Assembly: GCA_965262115.1 (NCBI GenBank)
Contig: OZ253496.1
Span: 192,001-256,000 of the forward strand
Direction: 5' to 3'
DNA length: 64,000 bases
From: Nitrospinales bacterium
Lineage (GTDB): Bacteria > Nitrospinota > Nitrospinia > Nitrospinales > VA-1
The position numbers and the translations under genes are program-made. The notes beneath the pieces were generated by a model. The model did no database searches, was not told the DNA's origin, and was given only the letters and a program-made list of their open reading frames with translations. Positions 9,900 to 21,100 of this stretch are shown piece after piece; the first letter of the stretch is position 1; every line of letters begins with the position of its first letter.

Positions 9900-9998
9900 A
9901 CCACTCGGCGCCAGCGTGACGCTGGACCCAAAGAGTAATAGCCTATTGGGGTATTGTTGTTCGAGTGATAGATCATTGCTAGTTGCCCCCACGGCTAG

Positions 9999-10127
9999 GA
10001 GACCTTTGCATAACCCAATATTCTTCGTTGCAATAGCTCCTCAGAATGAAAAAATAGCCTTTTATTGTCATGCTGAGCTTGTCGAAGCATCTCGCTTTTT
10101 TGCTTTATAGACTTACGCAAAGGTCTC
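9999..10127. mobile_element. 129-bp MITE (IS5-type TIRs), copy 1
   Basis: GAGACCTTTGCATAA...TTACGCAAAGGTCTC; 9-bp TSD CACGGCTAG at 9990-9998 and 10128-10136. Confidence 0.9.
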
Positions 10128-10492
10128 CACGGCTAGTGGGCGGAGGTTCTCCGCATTGCAGGAAATTTTAGGGTTGGGTTTTTGCTGGTGTGATCAAACC
10201 AGAAATATGCGCCGAAGATTCTGTTTCCGATATTTGACCACTGATATGCATATCCGGGTTGTATGAAGTTGCTAGGCCACTGATATGGCTCAAAGAATTC
10301 TTATTGTCATCAGAATAAAGTTCATCCTGCAAAAGCGTGGCGTTGAGATAAAACCCCCTGAATATAAGGGCGGAAAGTATGCAGGACTCAAGAAAGATGT
10401 TTTTCCACATAACAGGCTGGTTAAATTGGTCATATCCACAGCTAGTTTAAAATTTTTTACTGGTAATTACAACTTAATAGCTACCTGTCTGG

Positions 10493-10521
10493 TTGACAAA
10501 ACCTGCTTCTTTATTTAGTAT
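10493..10521 (+). promoter_or_regulatory. Sigma70 promoter upstream of rpiB-glyA-nrdR
   Basis: TTGACA-N17-TAGTAT. Confidence 0.55.
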
Positions 10522-10629
10522 CTCGTTTGAGTTAAACTATCCCTAGCCTCCCACCCGGGCGCATATTTCATCATTCAGGGCCAACCATTCTCCTCAATCT
10601 TTAAGGCAATCTTTTAGGCTGAAAATATC

Positions 10630-11094
10630 ATGAAAAAAATTGCTATAGCCTCTGATCATGGGGGATTCGATCTAAAGGAAAGTGTCATCGCCCACCTGTT
10701 AAATACCGGTTGGGAAGTGGATGATCTGGGTCCGCATAGCGGAGATTCTGTGGATTATTCGGACTACGGCATCAAGCTTGCCGAAGCGGTCGCTGAGAGA
10801 AAAGTCGAACGCGGGATCGTGATTTGCGGCACGGGTATTGGCATGTCCATTGTGGTCAACCGCTATCCGGGGATTCGTGGGACTTTGTGTTCAGACGTTT
10901 TCACCGCTAAATTATGCCGCGAACATAATGATTCAAATATCCTGATTATGGGGGGTAGGGTGATCGGTAGGGGGTTGGCCGCTGAAATTGTCAATACTTG
11001 GCTCAGCACGCCTTTTGAAGGAGGGCGCCACCAAAGGCGACTCGATAAAATCAATCAAATAGATGCTTCTATAAAGTCCAAAGAAAAACATTAA
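10630..11094 (+). CDS. rpiB: Ribose-5-phosphate isomerase B
   Basis: [24 protein letters not shown]. Confidence 0.96.
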   Translation: MKKIAIASDHGGFDLKESVIAHLLNTGWEVDDLGPHSGDSVDYSDYGIKLAEAVAERKVERGIVICGTGIGMSIVVNRYPGIRGTLCSDVFTAKLCREHNDSNILIMGGRVIGRGLAAEIVNTWLSTPFEGGRHQRRLDKINQIDASIKSKEKH

Positions 11095-11113
11095 TCCTAA
11101 GGAGATATTTAAA

Positions 11114-12361
11114 TTGTCACTTGCTGATTTTGATCCGGAGATCGCTCAATCCATTAAAGATGAAACCGAGCGGGAAAATAATACTCTTGAGATGATCGCC
11201 TCTGAAAATTTTGTCAGCCCACAGGTGCAGGAAGCCCAAGGCTCGGTCATGACCAATAAATATGCCGAAGGCTACCCGGGTAAACGTTATTACGGCGGTT
11301 GTGAATTCGTGGATGTTGCTGAAAGCCTCGCCATTGAGAGGGCCAAAAAAATATTCTCCGCCGAGCACGCCAATGTCCAGCCTCATTCCGGCTCCCAGGC
11401 TAATATGGCGGTTTATCATACTGTCCTTCAACCGGGAGATACCATCCTGGGAATGAATTTATCGCATGGTGGGCACCTGACCCACGGTAGCCCGGTGAAC
11501 TTTTCCGGATACACTTATAATGTTGTCGCCTATGGAGTCAGCCAGGAAACGGAACTTATTGACTATGACGAGGTACGAAAACTAGCCGTTGAGAACAAAC
11601 CCAAATTGATCGTGGTGGGGGCGAGCGCTTATCCAAGAGTGATCGACCCTGTTAAGTTTCGGGAAATTGCTGATGAGGTCGGGGCAAAAATTATGACCGA
11701 TATCGCCCATCCTGCAGGCCTGGTTGCGGCAGGACTCTATCCCTCCCCAGTACCCCATTCAGACTTTGTCACCACCACCACACATAAAACCTTGAGAGGT
11801 CCTCGTGGGGGAATGATTTTGTGCCGGGAAGAATATGCCAAAGAGGTCAACAAAAAGATTTTCCCCGGAATTCAGGGCGGACCCCTCATGCATGTGATTG
11901 CTGCAAAAGCCGTGGCTTTTAAGGAGGCGTTGAGTGCAGATTTTGTGACCTACCAGAAGCAGGTGATTGCCAACGCACAATGCCTGGCTCAATCATTAAT
12001 CGATCAGGGATATAAAATTGTCAGTGGTGGAACCGACACGCACCTGATGCTGGTCGATTTGCGTCCTCAAGATATAACCGGTAAGGATGCCGAGGCAGCG
12101 CTCGAAAAAGCTGGCATCACGGTCAACAAAAACACCGTGCCGTTTGAGACCCGCAGCCCGTTTGTGACTTCCGGAGTTCGGATTGGTACCCCCGCGCTGA
12201 CCACTCGAGGAATGAAAGAAAATGAAATGCGTAAAATCGGAGAAATGATTGTCCAGACACTGGAAAAAGTTGAAGATGATAGTTTCCACGCCCAAACCCG
12301 TAAAAAAGTTCGTGAACTCTGCGACCAGTTTCCGCTTCATCTGGAACTCACCAATAAGTAA
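11114..12361 (+). CDS. glyA: Serine hydroxymethyltransferase
   Basis: [34 protein letters not shown]. Confidence 0.98.
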   Translation: MSLADFDPEIAQSIKDETERENNTLEMIASENFVSPQVQEAQGSVMTNKYAEGYPGKRYYGGCEFVDVAESLAIERAKKIFSAEHANVQPHSGSQANMAVYHTVLQPGDTILGMNLSHGGHLTHGSPVNFSGYTYNVVAYGVSQETELIDYDEVRKLAVENKPKLIVVGASAYPRVIDPVKFREIADEVGAKIMTDIAHPAGLVAAGLYPSPVPHSDFVTTTTHKTLRGPRGGMILCREEYAKEVNKKIFPGIQGGPLMHVIAAKAVAFKEALSADFVTYQKQVIANAQCLAQSLIDQGYKIVSGGTDTHLMLVDLRPQDITGKDAEAALEKAGITVNKNTVPFETRSPFVTSGVRIGTPALTTRGMKENEMRKIGEMIVQTLEKVEDDSFHAQTRKKVRELCDQFPLHLELTNK

Positions 12362-12364
12362 GCT

Positions 12365-12853
12365 ATGAAATGTCCCGGTTGCTCCGGCATGGAAAACAAA
12401 GTCATTGATTCCCGCTTGAATAAGGAGGGGACTGTTATACGAAGGCGAAGAGAATGCCTGAGTTGCTCCGACAGGTTCACCACCTACGAAAAGCTGGAGC
12501 GGTCTTTACCCATGCTGATTAAAAAGGACGGTCGGCGGGAAGAGTTTGATCGCGACAAAGTTATTGAAGGAGTCAGGAAGGCCTGCCAGAAAAGACCCGT
12601 GAGTGTCAAAGATATTGAAGACCTTGTAGACCGTGTGGAACAATATATTCAGGAACTGGGTGACAAGGAAGTCTCTGCCGTGAAGGTGGGCGAAAAAGTC
12701 ATCAGCGAAATTTATAACCTGGATGATGTGGCCTATGTGCGTTTCGCTTCCGTTTACCGTTCCTTCAAAGACGTGAATGAGTTCATGGTTGAGTTGAAAG
12801 AAGTCCTCAAGAACAAAGAAGGCAACAACCCCCCCGGCAGTCACCTGCGGTAG
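12365..12853 (+). CDS. nrdR: Transcriptional repressor NrdR
   Basis: Zn ribbon CPGC...[12 protein letters not shown] cone, [10 protein letters not shown]. Confidence 0.97.
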   Translation: MKCPGCSGMENKVIDSRLNKEGTVIRRRRECLSCSDRFTTYEKLERSLPMLIKKDGRREEFDRDKVIEGVRKACQKRPVSVKDIEDLVDRVEQYIQELGDKEVSAVKVGEKVISEIYNLDDVAYVRFASVYRSFKDVNEFMVELKEVLKNKEGNNPPGSHLR

Positions 12854-13296
12854 TGGAGAGCCTCCCAATTATGATTTTTACAGATTATTCTCTTAGATTA
12901 TTCCATTCTCCACTAGATATTTTCGTCCTCCCTTAATGCTATACCCTACTGGATTTTTATCCCAAATCGAAGATTTTTTATCAATTAAATTATATCGAGA
13001 AGTCTATCAAGGAAATATTTAGTTTTCACATCTGATTCTTGAATATGATTAGAAATCTAGTTATGGGATTTTGCCTATACCAAGATGATGTGATAGTGCG
13101 TCAATAAATTCTCTAGTAAGTTTCTTACTCTAACAAAAAAACTTCCAGAACAAGTTCTTTCTTCCCTTTTAATTCATCAAGCACATTACGCATCAATGGG
13201 CATATCACTCCTTAGCTTCAACTGCTCCGGTTTTTTTTACAGGGCCTGATGCTAGTTCCTACAACGGAATCTTAACACACAGGATACAATTTTGAG

Positions 13297-13425
13297 AGGA
13301 TTAGGGTTTGGTGGGGTCGTCATCGCGAGCCGCGAAGCGGCGTGGCGATCCAGATTTTATAGCAAACCTACTAGATTGCCGCGTCGGCAAAGCCTCCTCG
13401 CAAAGACGGCGAACCCAAATCCCCT
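13297..13425. repeat. RPE/REP-like palindromic element
   Basis: gtcatcgcgagccgcgaagcggcgtggcgatc...gattgccgcgtcggcaaagcctcctcgcaaagac, inside an outer imperfect IR (ggattagggttt/aacccaaatcc). Confidence 0.65.
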
Positions 13426-13480
13426 GACCACATTGAAAATAAGATTAAACCACCCTCACCTCATTCCTCTCCCTTCAAGG

Positions 13481-13962
13481 GAGACCTTTGCATAAGAGGG
13501 TATTGCGGTAATTTTCATTAAACGGTGTTGAAGTTGAGAGTGAAACGCTATTGTTTGAGTAATGTTCTTTGACGCATATGGTTTTTATTGCTATTCGCTT
13601 TGCCGTTTTCCGTGTTCCCCAGGTGCTTTCCTCTCTCAAGCCAGAGTTTCCCGTGTTGGCGCTAAAACAAGACGCCGTTTCATATTCATGGCCATGCAAA
13701 CCAGGGTGATTTGAACCGCTGTCCGCGTCAACCCGATATAGCGTGCCCTGCGCAACCGGTAATGGTTCTTGAGGATACCGAAGACATGTTCTACGGGAGC
13801 GCGTAATTTAGTCATCCGTTTGTTGAATGCGGTCTGAGCAGGTTTCAGGGGATGATACTGATTGGGCCGATGCATAATGCCAACAAAAATACCGCGTTCC
13901 TGAAGTTCCTTGCGCCGGGAGTGTTTGCCATAAGCCTTGTCTGCATACACTGCTTTCTCGTT
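13481..13962 (-). mobile_element. IS5-family (IS1106-like) remnant: transposase C-terminus plus one TIR
   Basis: EKAVYADKAY...RAPVEHVFGILKNHYRLRRARYIGL (DDE C-terminus); TIR GAGACCTTTGCATAA at 13481; 5' part missing. Confidence 0.88.
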
Positions 13963-13997
13963 AGAAATCGAAAAATCCCACTGTTGAATAGTTCAAG

Positions 13998-14336
13998 TCA
14001 CACGTGCAACGCGGCTACTTCTCGGGTAGATTTTCTTGGGCGAGGGCGGACTTTAACTTTCACGTCCACTTGTTGATCGAATTTGTTCAGAATAGAAATA
14101 AGACGATCTGCCGTAAAGCGTCCTAACTTAACATTGCGAATGCGGGAAAATTCGCTTGCCTTCACCCCTGTTTGTTCTTCGGCCTTGCGCACAGAGAATT
14201 TCTTTTTATCGAGAATGTCAATGATCCTGGCGGCGAGAATGCATTTCAATTGCTCGGTGTCGGCATTGGGGTCTCCAAAATCCCGAAAGACATTGCCACT
14301 ACCATGTACTATTTCTATTTTTTCATCCTTCTTCAT
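13998..14336 (-). CDS. XRE/HTH antitoxin (HigA-like)
   Basis: GSGNVFRDFG, HTH, FTADRLISIL; ATGA overlap with the upstream toxin stop. Confidence 0.85.
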   Translation of the reverse strand: MKKDEKIEIVHGSGNVFRDFGDPNADTEQLKCILAARIIDILDKKKFSVRKAEEQTGVKASEFSRIRNVKLGRFTADRLISILNKFDQQVDVKVKVRPRPRKSTREVAALHV

Positions 14337-14678
14337 TTTAAAAAGTCCTTTAAATCTTTAATCCTCTTTTTGATCAGGTCTATATCCTGCTTCGGGGTTT
14401 TAATGCCTGTTCTTGATTTTTTCTGGAAGGCATGGACGACCCAAATAGCTTCCCCAATTTGCAAAGCATAAACAACTCTGTAAGAATCGGCCCGGTATTT
14501 AAGAGCGATTTCTAAAACACCCGCACCAAGCCCTTTCAGGTTTTGCGTTTTCTGTTTTAGCTCCTTCTGCGGCCACGGTGAGAGTGCGCCTTATCTCCAG
14601 TTGTGCTCCTTCAGGAAACTTTTGATAATCCTTTAAAGCTCCTTTCACCCATGAAACAGGTCTTGTGTCTCTAATCAT
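14333..14678 (-). pseudogene. RelE/ParE (HigB/Gp49-like) toxin, frameshifted near 14540
   Basis: MIRDTRPVSWVKGALKDYQKFP...ENAKP, then another frame LKGLGAGVLEIAL...YRVVY...HAFQKKSRTGIKTPKQDIDLIKKR. Confidence 0.85.
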
Positions 14679-14999
14679 CGCAATATGTTTACAAATTTGT
14701 CAACGCCTGTCAATGCCTTTAATTTTTGGATTGTTTTTTCTATCTAGAGTAGAGAGGCGGTATTATTAGAATTTTGCCGATTTCATGTAGTGCGTCCATC
14801 TCGCCCATATCTCCTGCCCGAAAGGTAATATATTTGGTCCTTTTATAAGCGTAATAATCGAGGCAAGAGTGGATGACTCAATAAGCTCTTGTCACCGGCC
14901 CCAAGCCCAGTGGTGGCGAAGAGTTGAATGGGAGAAAACAAAATGTTACGATACCTCTCAAGCTTCTAAAATTACGGTTTTCTGCACCCTTGGTCGGCC

Positions 15000-15791
15000 A
15001 TGGATAAAATTTCGTTCAATCTGTCTTTATTGAGTTATCTCATGGCGTCTTTAGGGTATTTCGTTTATCTGGCATACAGGAGGCCTCTGGTTGCGACGTT
15101 GGCGGGGTGGACGGTGGCATTTGGTCTGCTTTGCCAAACTGTCACCATAGGAATCCGGTCGAGCCAAACCGGTCACGGGCCTTACACCACTTCTTTTGAG
15201 GTGGCGTTGTTTCTGGCCTGGTTGATGGTGGTGGTTTATTTTTTGACCGAATGGAAATACAAAATTAAGGATCTGGGGGCTTTTGTCATCCCTCTGGTTT
15301 TCGTTGTTCTGTTGTTTTCAGCCTTTCTTTCAAAAGAGTCGGCCCTGGTCCCCGAATCGGAGGTGCGATTCTGGCTGACCATGCACAGGACCCTATCGAT
15401 CATGGGCTATGCGGCGTTTTCTATCGCATTCGCCGCCGGAATCATGTATTTGATTCAGGAACATCAGGTCAAAACGAAAAAACTGGGAATGATGTATTTC
15501 AGGATGCCGTCTCTTGAAGTTCTGGATGATTTGAATTTCAAGGTGATCACAATAGGGTTCCCGTTGTTCACCCTGGGTTTTATGACCGGGTCCATTTGGA
15601 ACACGCAAATGGACCTGCCATTTTTCTCGTGGGATCTGACCCGCACCCTGCCGCTGGTGATAACATGGCTGATCTATTGCCTGGTGTTTTTTGGAAGAAT
15701 GACAGTGGGAATGCGAGGTAAGAAAGCCGCTCAGGGGGCGATTCTTGGATTTATAACTGTAATAGGAACTTATTTTCTACACATATTATGA
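15000..15791 (+). CDS. ccsA: Cytochrome c biogenesis CcsA/HemX-family membrane protein
   Basis: Multi-TM; MH...AAF, PSLEVLD, GFMTGSIW; overlaps hemA. Confidence 0.8.
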   Translation: MDKISFNLSLLSYLMASLGYFVYLAYRRPLVATLAGWTVAFGLLCQTVTIGIRSSQTGHGPYTTSFEVALFLAWLMVVVYFLTEWKYKIKDLGAFVIPLVFVVLLFSAFLSKESALVPESEVRFWLTMHRTLSIMGYAAFSIAFAAGIMYLIQEHQVKTKKLGMMYFRMPSLEVLDDLNFKVITIGFPLFTLGFMTGSIWNTQMDLPFFSWDLTRTLPLVITWLIYCLVFFGRMTVGMRGKKAAQGAILGFITVIGTYFLHIL

Positions 15792-17068
15792 TATCAACCG
15801 AGCCAAATCTTATTCTGGTGGGGGTCAACCATAAGACCACTCCTGTGGAAATCAGGGAGAAGCTCGCCTTTAATCAGGTCAAGCTGGAAGCCTCTCTGGA
15901 GCAATTGGTCCGTTGCCCGGAAATTGCCGAGAATATAATTCTCTCAACCTGTAATCGGGTCGAAATTTATGCCCGTGTCAATAATGCCGACCAGGGTATC
16001 CAGCTTCTTAAAGATTTCATTTGTGACTACCACGGAATATCGCGGGGCAGTCTGGATGAGTATTTTTACAGCTACACAGATAATCAGGCCGTTGAGCATC
16101 TCTTCAGAGTTTCGGCGAGTTTGGACTCGATGATTCTGGGGGAAGCTCAAATTCTGGGGCAGGTGAAGGATGCCTACAGCACCGCCCGCGCGTTAAGTTC
16201 TACCGGTCTGGTTCTCAACCAGCTCTTTGAGAAAGCCTTTAATGTTGCTAAAAAAGTAAGGGAAGAAACCGGGATTTCCGAGCGCGGGGTTTCTATCAGT
16301 TCCGCCGCTGTGGAGCTGGCAAAAAAAATCTTTGAGGATCTGGAAAATCACTCGGTCATGCTGGTGGGAACGGGTGAGATGGCCGAACTTGCCGCGAAAC
16401 ATCTTATAACTTATGGTGTTAAAACCGTGTATGTGGCCAGCAGAACTTATGAGTGGGCCATTTCTCTTGCCCAGACCTTGAACGGCTGTGCTCTGGACTT
16501 TAAAGCTTTTAAGGAAGAGTTGTACCGGGCAGACATTGTTATTACTTCGACTGCCGCACCGAATTTTATCATTCATAAAGATATGATCGAGCAGGCCATT
16601 CATAAAAGAAAAAACAAACCTATATTCCTCATAGATATTGCGGTTCCCCGGGATGTTGCCCCGGAGGTGAACGATTTGGAAAATGTGTATTTGTATGACA
16701 TTGATGATCTGCAAAACGTGGTGAACGCGAACATGGAAGAACGGCAAAAAGAAGCTGAAAATGCCATGGAGATTATCCAGGAGGAAGTCACAAAATTTAA
16801 CAACTGGTTTTCCACGCTCGACGCGATTCCCACCATTATTGAAATGCGAAACCGTGCTGAGGAGATGCGCATCACTGAAGTGGATAAAACACTCAAGACC
16901 CTCACCCATCTTTCTGATAGTGACCAGAGGGCAATCCATCAACTGACGCAATCATTGGTCAACAAAATTCTGCATAAGCCCACCATCAATCTAAAAAAGA
17001 AAACTCAATCTATGGATGGACACGTATATTTGAAGGCCATTCGCCACTTATTCCATTTGGACGACTAG
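15788..17068 (+). CDS. hemA: Glutamyl-tRNA reductase
   Basis: LSTCNRVE, LDSMILGEAQILGQVK, DIAVPRD. Confidence 0.97.
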   Translation: MISTEPNLILVGVNHKTTPVEIREKLAFNQVKLEASLEQLVRCPEIAENIILSTCNRVEIYARVNNADQGIQLLKDFICDYHGISRGSLDEYFYSYTDNQAVEHLFRVSASLDSMILGEAQILGQVKDAYSTARALSSTGLVLNQLFEKAFNVAKKVREETGISERGVSISSAAVELAKKIFEDLENHSVMLVGTGEMAELAAKHLITYGVKTVYVASRTYEWAISLAQTLNGCALDFKAFKEELYRADIVITSTAAPNFIIHKDMIEQAIHKRKNKPIFLIDIAVPRDVAPEVNDLENVYLYDIDDLQNVVNANMEERQKEAENAMEIIQEEVTKFNNWFSTLDAIPTIIEMRNRAEEMRITEVDKTLKTLTHLSDSDQRAIHQLTQSLVNKILHKPTINLKKKTQSMDGHVYLKAIRHLFHLDD

Positions 17069-18007
17069 ATGGAACCCCGAAAAATTAAGATCGGCAGCAG
17101 GGGGAGTCCCCTGGCCTTGTGGCAGGCCAACTGGATCAAGGACCAGTTAGAATCTTTGCATCCTGAGATTCCGGTAGAGATTGTCGTCATTAAAACTTCC
17201 GGCGATAAGATCCAGGATGTCCCGTTGGCTAAAATCGGCGGCAAGGGTTTGTTCGTTAAGGAAATAGAAGAAGCCCTGTTGAAAAAAGATATCGATTTTG
17301 CTGTTCACAGCATGAAGGATATGCCCATAAAATTTCCCTTTGCCTTGTGTATTGCGGCGGTTACAAAAAGGGAGAATCCTTTTGACGCTTTGATTGCAAG
17401 AGACAACATTAAGCTGAACGATCTTCCAAAAGGCGCCAAGGTCGGGACAGGCAGTTTAAGAAGGATGTCGCAGTTGCTGCATTATCGTCCTGATCTAAAT
17501 CTGGTTCCTCTTCGCGGCAATCTTGAAACGAGGATCAAAAAACTGGAAACGGAAGGGTTGGATGCGATCATTCTTGCCGCAGCAGGCCTTATTCGCATGG
17601 GGTGGGATGATAAAATCACAGAAATTATCAGTCCCGAAATTTTATTACCGGCAATGGGGCAGGGCACCGTCGGGATTGAAGCGCGAAAACATGATGTCGA
17701 CAATCAGATCCTTCTAGCCGATATGGATGATGAAAACACGCATCTGGCTCTGGACGCTGAGAGAGCAGTCGTCACTCAACTTGAAGGCGGTTGCAACGTT
17801 CCCATTGGCGCATTTGCGACGACCGAGAAAGACCAAATGACGTTGAAAGGGCTGGTCGCAAGCCTTGATGGAAAAATCTTGCATAAAAAAGAACTAAAAG
17901 GTAGGATGGTCGACGCTATTGCCATGGGAACAGAGTTGGGCAATGCGTTATTGGAGATGGGCGGCGATAAAATCATGCGGGAAATTTATGGGCATAATTT
18001 GATGTGA
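17069..18007 (+). CDS. hemC: Hydroxymethylbilane synthase
   Basis: GSRGSPLALWQA, GGKGLFVKE, AVHSMKD, LEGGCNVP. Confidence 0.97.
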   Translation: MEPRKIKIGSRGSPLALWQANWIKDQLESLHPEIPVEIVVIKTSGDKIQDVPLAKIGGKGLFVKEIEEALLKKDIDFAVHSMKDMPIKFPFALCIAAVTKRENPFDALIARDNIKLNDLPKGAKVGTGSLRRMSQLLHYRPDLNLVPLRGNLETRIKKLETEGLDAIILAAAGLIRMGWDDKITEIISPEILLPAMGQGTVGIEARKHDVDNQILLADMDDENTHLALDAERAVVTQLEGGCNVPIGAFATTEKDQMTLKGLVASLDGKILHKKELKGRMVDAIAMGTELGNALLEMGGDKIMREIYGHNLM

Positions 18008-18135
18008 TATGCTACCGCTTAGTTTGCTATGATTAATGTTTTTCTTTGTCGCTGTCGCTAATGGAACGGTTTTATCTACTTTTGTTTGTTTCTTAATTTT
18101 TGGGTGTTATATTATGACTAGGGTTAATGAATTAA

Positions 18136-21100
18136 ATGATTCAAAAATTGGCGGCGTATCTACGTTGTTGCCAACCCCACCCCCCATTTCCTGGCCCCAT
18201 ATTGAGCCGTGTGGGCAGGCTCTGCGCCGCGACCTTTTTTGCCTTGATGCTCTCGGTCACTGCGGCCAGTGCACAGATCTCCTTTAGTCTGAGTGGTCCT
18301 CAAACCATTGTCGGGGGATCAAGTCTGACCATCACTGCTACTACGGTCCCTGGTATTGATTCTAATAGCCTTGCTCATTTGTGGAGTATTGAAGGTAATC
18401 CGGATGGTATCACTGGTGTCACTCTTTCTGGTGAGAGAACCGCATCTTTAAACCTCTCCGTGTCTAGTGATTTCGTCGGCATGGTACTGTTTCGCCCTGT
18501 GCTTATAATTGATGGCTTCTCCACTAGTCCTTTCGAAAGGAGATTCAGTGCACCCCTGTTGACCGCCACCGGAGGAAACTCTGTGCCGGTGATCACCGGC
18601 ACACCGGAGACCACGGTGGATCAGGGTGTGGAGTACAGCTTCATGCCTGTAGGTGCGGATGATGACGGCGACACGTTGACCTATTCGATCAATGGGAGGC
18701 CGTCCTGGGCAACGTTTGACCCTGTCACGGGTCGTTTGAGCGGCACGCCTGGCAACGACGATATCGGCATCACGTTGGGGATTTTGATCTCGGTTTCTGA
18801 CGGCAGCCTGAGTGCGGCGTTGCCTGCGTTTGATCTCACCGTGGTGTCTGCTCCTTTCTCGGTCGCTGATGCCGGGCCAAATCTGTTCGATGTGTCTGAG
18901 GGAGTCGATGTGACCCTCAACGGTAGCAACAGTTCCGATTCCGAGGGCAGGGATCTGATCTATTCCTGGGCACAGGTGTCCAATGGTGCTCCGACGGTGG
19001 ATCTTACCGGGGCCGATACCGCCATGCCGACTTTCACTGCGCCGGATCAGCTGCTGTTCGATTTGTCTCAAGACAGAGGCAGGGCACTGGTTTTCAGCCT
19101 GACCGTGACGGATGAAACAGGTTTGAGCTCGCAACCGGTAACGGTGAGCATCAGCGTCGAAGCCGGGGCTGACCAGAGCAATGTGATGGCGGGCACGATG
19201 GTGACCCTGGACGGCAGCGGCAGTTCCGATCCGGAAGGCGAGACCTTGGATTATTTGTGGGCGCAATCAGGCGGCATGCCGAGAGTTATCCTGAGCGATG
19301 TCCTGGCTGTCAACCCGACCTTTACCATGCCGGTGGTGGGCGATGGCGAGGCCCTTGAGTTCACCCTGTTTGTGCTGGATTCGGTCAACAGTGCGCAGGA
19401 CACTGTCAGGATCTACGGCGCCATACCGATAGCGGATGCCGGGTCGGATCAGACCGTCGCCGAGGGCGCTACGGTCATCCTTGACGGCAGCGGCAGTTCC
19501 GATCCGGAAGGCGGGACCCTGGATTATTTGTGGGCGCAATCGGGCGGTTCCCCAGTGGTTGACCTGACTAGGGCCGATACCGCCAGCCCGGCTTTCACCG
19601 CGCCGGCGCAGTTGCTGGCCGATGCCGAACTGGAGTTCAGCCTGGTTGTGACCGGTGGGGGCGGTCTGCTTTCAGTTGTCGACACGGTCACCATCACCGT
19701 GACGGCCATGAACAACGCCCCCACCGCCGATGCCGGATCGGACCAGAATGTGGCTGTGGGCGCGACAGTGACCCTGGACGGCAGCGGCAGTTCCGATCCC
19801 GAAGGCGCGACCCTGGATTATTTGTGGGCGCAATCAGGCGGCATGCCGAGAGTTATCCTGAGCGATGTCCTGGCTGTCAACCCGACCTTTACCATGCCGG
19901 TGGTGGGCGATGGCGAGGCCCTTGAGTTCACCCTGTTTGTGCTGGATTCGGTCAACAGTGCGCAGGACACGGTGGTCATCCGTCCCGACCTGGCGCCGGT
20001 TTTCGATGATTTACTAACTGACCAGATTTATATTATAGGTACAGCGATTACTAACCTGATCCTACCCGTAGCCACAGGTGGCAATGACGCGCTGACCTAC
20101 ACCCTGACGCCGGAGTTGCCAGCAGGTCTGGTATTCGATGCGACCACCCGCCAGCTCAGCGGCACCCCGACCGCCACCGCCAGCACGGACTACACCTATA
20201 CGGTCAGCGATGCCGACAGGGACAGCGACAGCAGGATATTCAACATCAGCGTGAGGACCAGTAATGACCCGCCCACCGGCGGCGTCACCATTTCTGGCGC
20301 GCTGACGCAAGGCGAGACCCTGACGGCGGATACCACCGGCATTATGGATGCCGATGGTCTGGGGCTCTTCAGCTATCAATGGCAGGCAGACGATGCGGGT
20401 ATTTCAGGGGCCACCTCTGCAACCTATACCCTGACCCAGGCCGAGGTGGTGAGTTATACCGATAGTGGCGGCACCACTGAGAGCGTGGAGAGCGTTGCCA
20501 CGGCGGCGGTCACCAGTGAGAGTGTTACTGGCTCCATTTCGGTTGATGGGACTGAGAGAAGGGTTATTGTTGCCACTTCTGAAGATGACATAACAGATGG
20601 TCTGGCAATCGAGAGTTTTAGTGTTACTCCCGTAGGGAATGTCATTACTTTTGAAGAAGACCTCGGTAACGTCGACTTCATCTCAGAGAATATTGATAGT
20701 GCTGCCCTTCTGATAGGATCAGCTGTTGATATTAGCGTCAACTCTAGCGCGTGCTCCGAAACCAAACCCTGTAAAGTCACTTTATCCTACACAGATCAGG
20801 ACTTGGTTGAATTAGAAAATATAGCTGCGGATCAATTGGCCATATTCCACTATATTGACAGTCAGTGGGAAGAATTAGAGGTAATAAGACGTGATCAAAG
20901 CGGAAAAACCATTACCGCCAAAACCAGCAGTTTCTCCCCCTTTGCGCTCGGTGCCGTTATCCTTAACGCCACCAATGCAAGGTTTGCTGATCTCAATACC
21001 GTGATCCTGCCTGAAGTGGCGCGTGCCATAGCAGACCAGACGGTGAGTGCGATAACACAACGCATCGACCAGGCCCGGAGCGGCGGTAGCGCCCGGTCTG

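Noticed and set aside
10522..10629. ZTP/THF riboswitch ahead of rpiB-glyA
   Set aside because: Consensus elements not recognisable.
14860..14930. Hairpin upstream of ccsA as a riboswitch
   Set aside because: A single imperfect stem without a known motif.
19201..19970. DGR template/variable repeat pair
   Set aside because: Both copies are in-frame domains, the few differences are not adenine-specific, and there is no reverse transcriptase.
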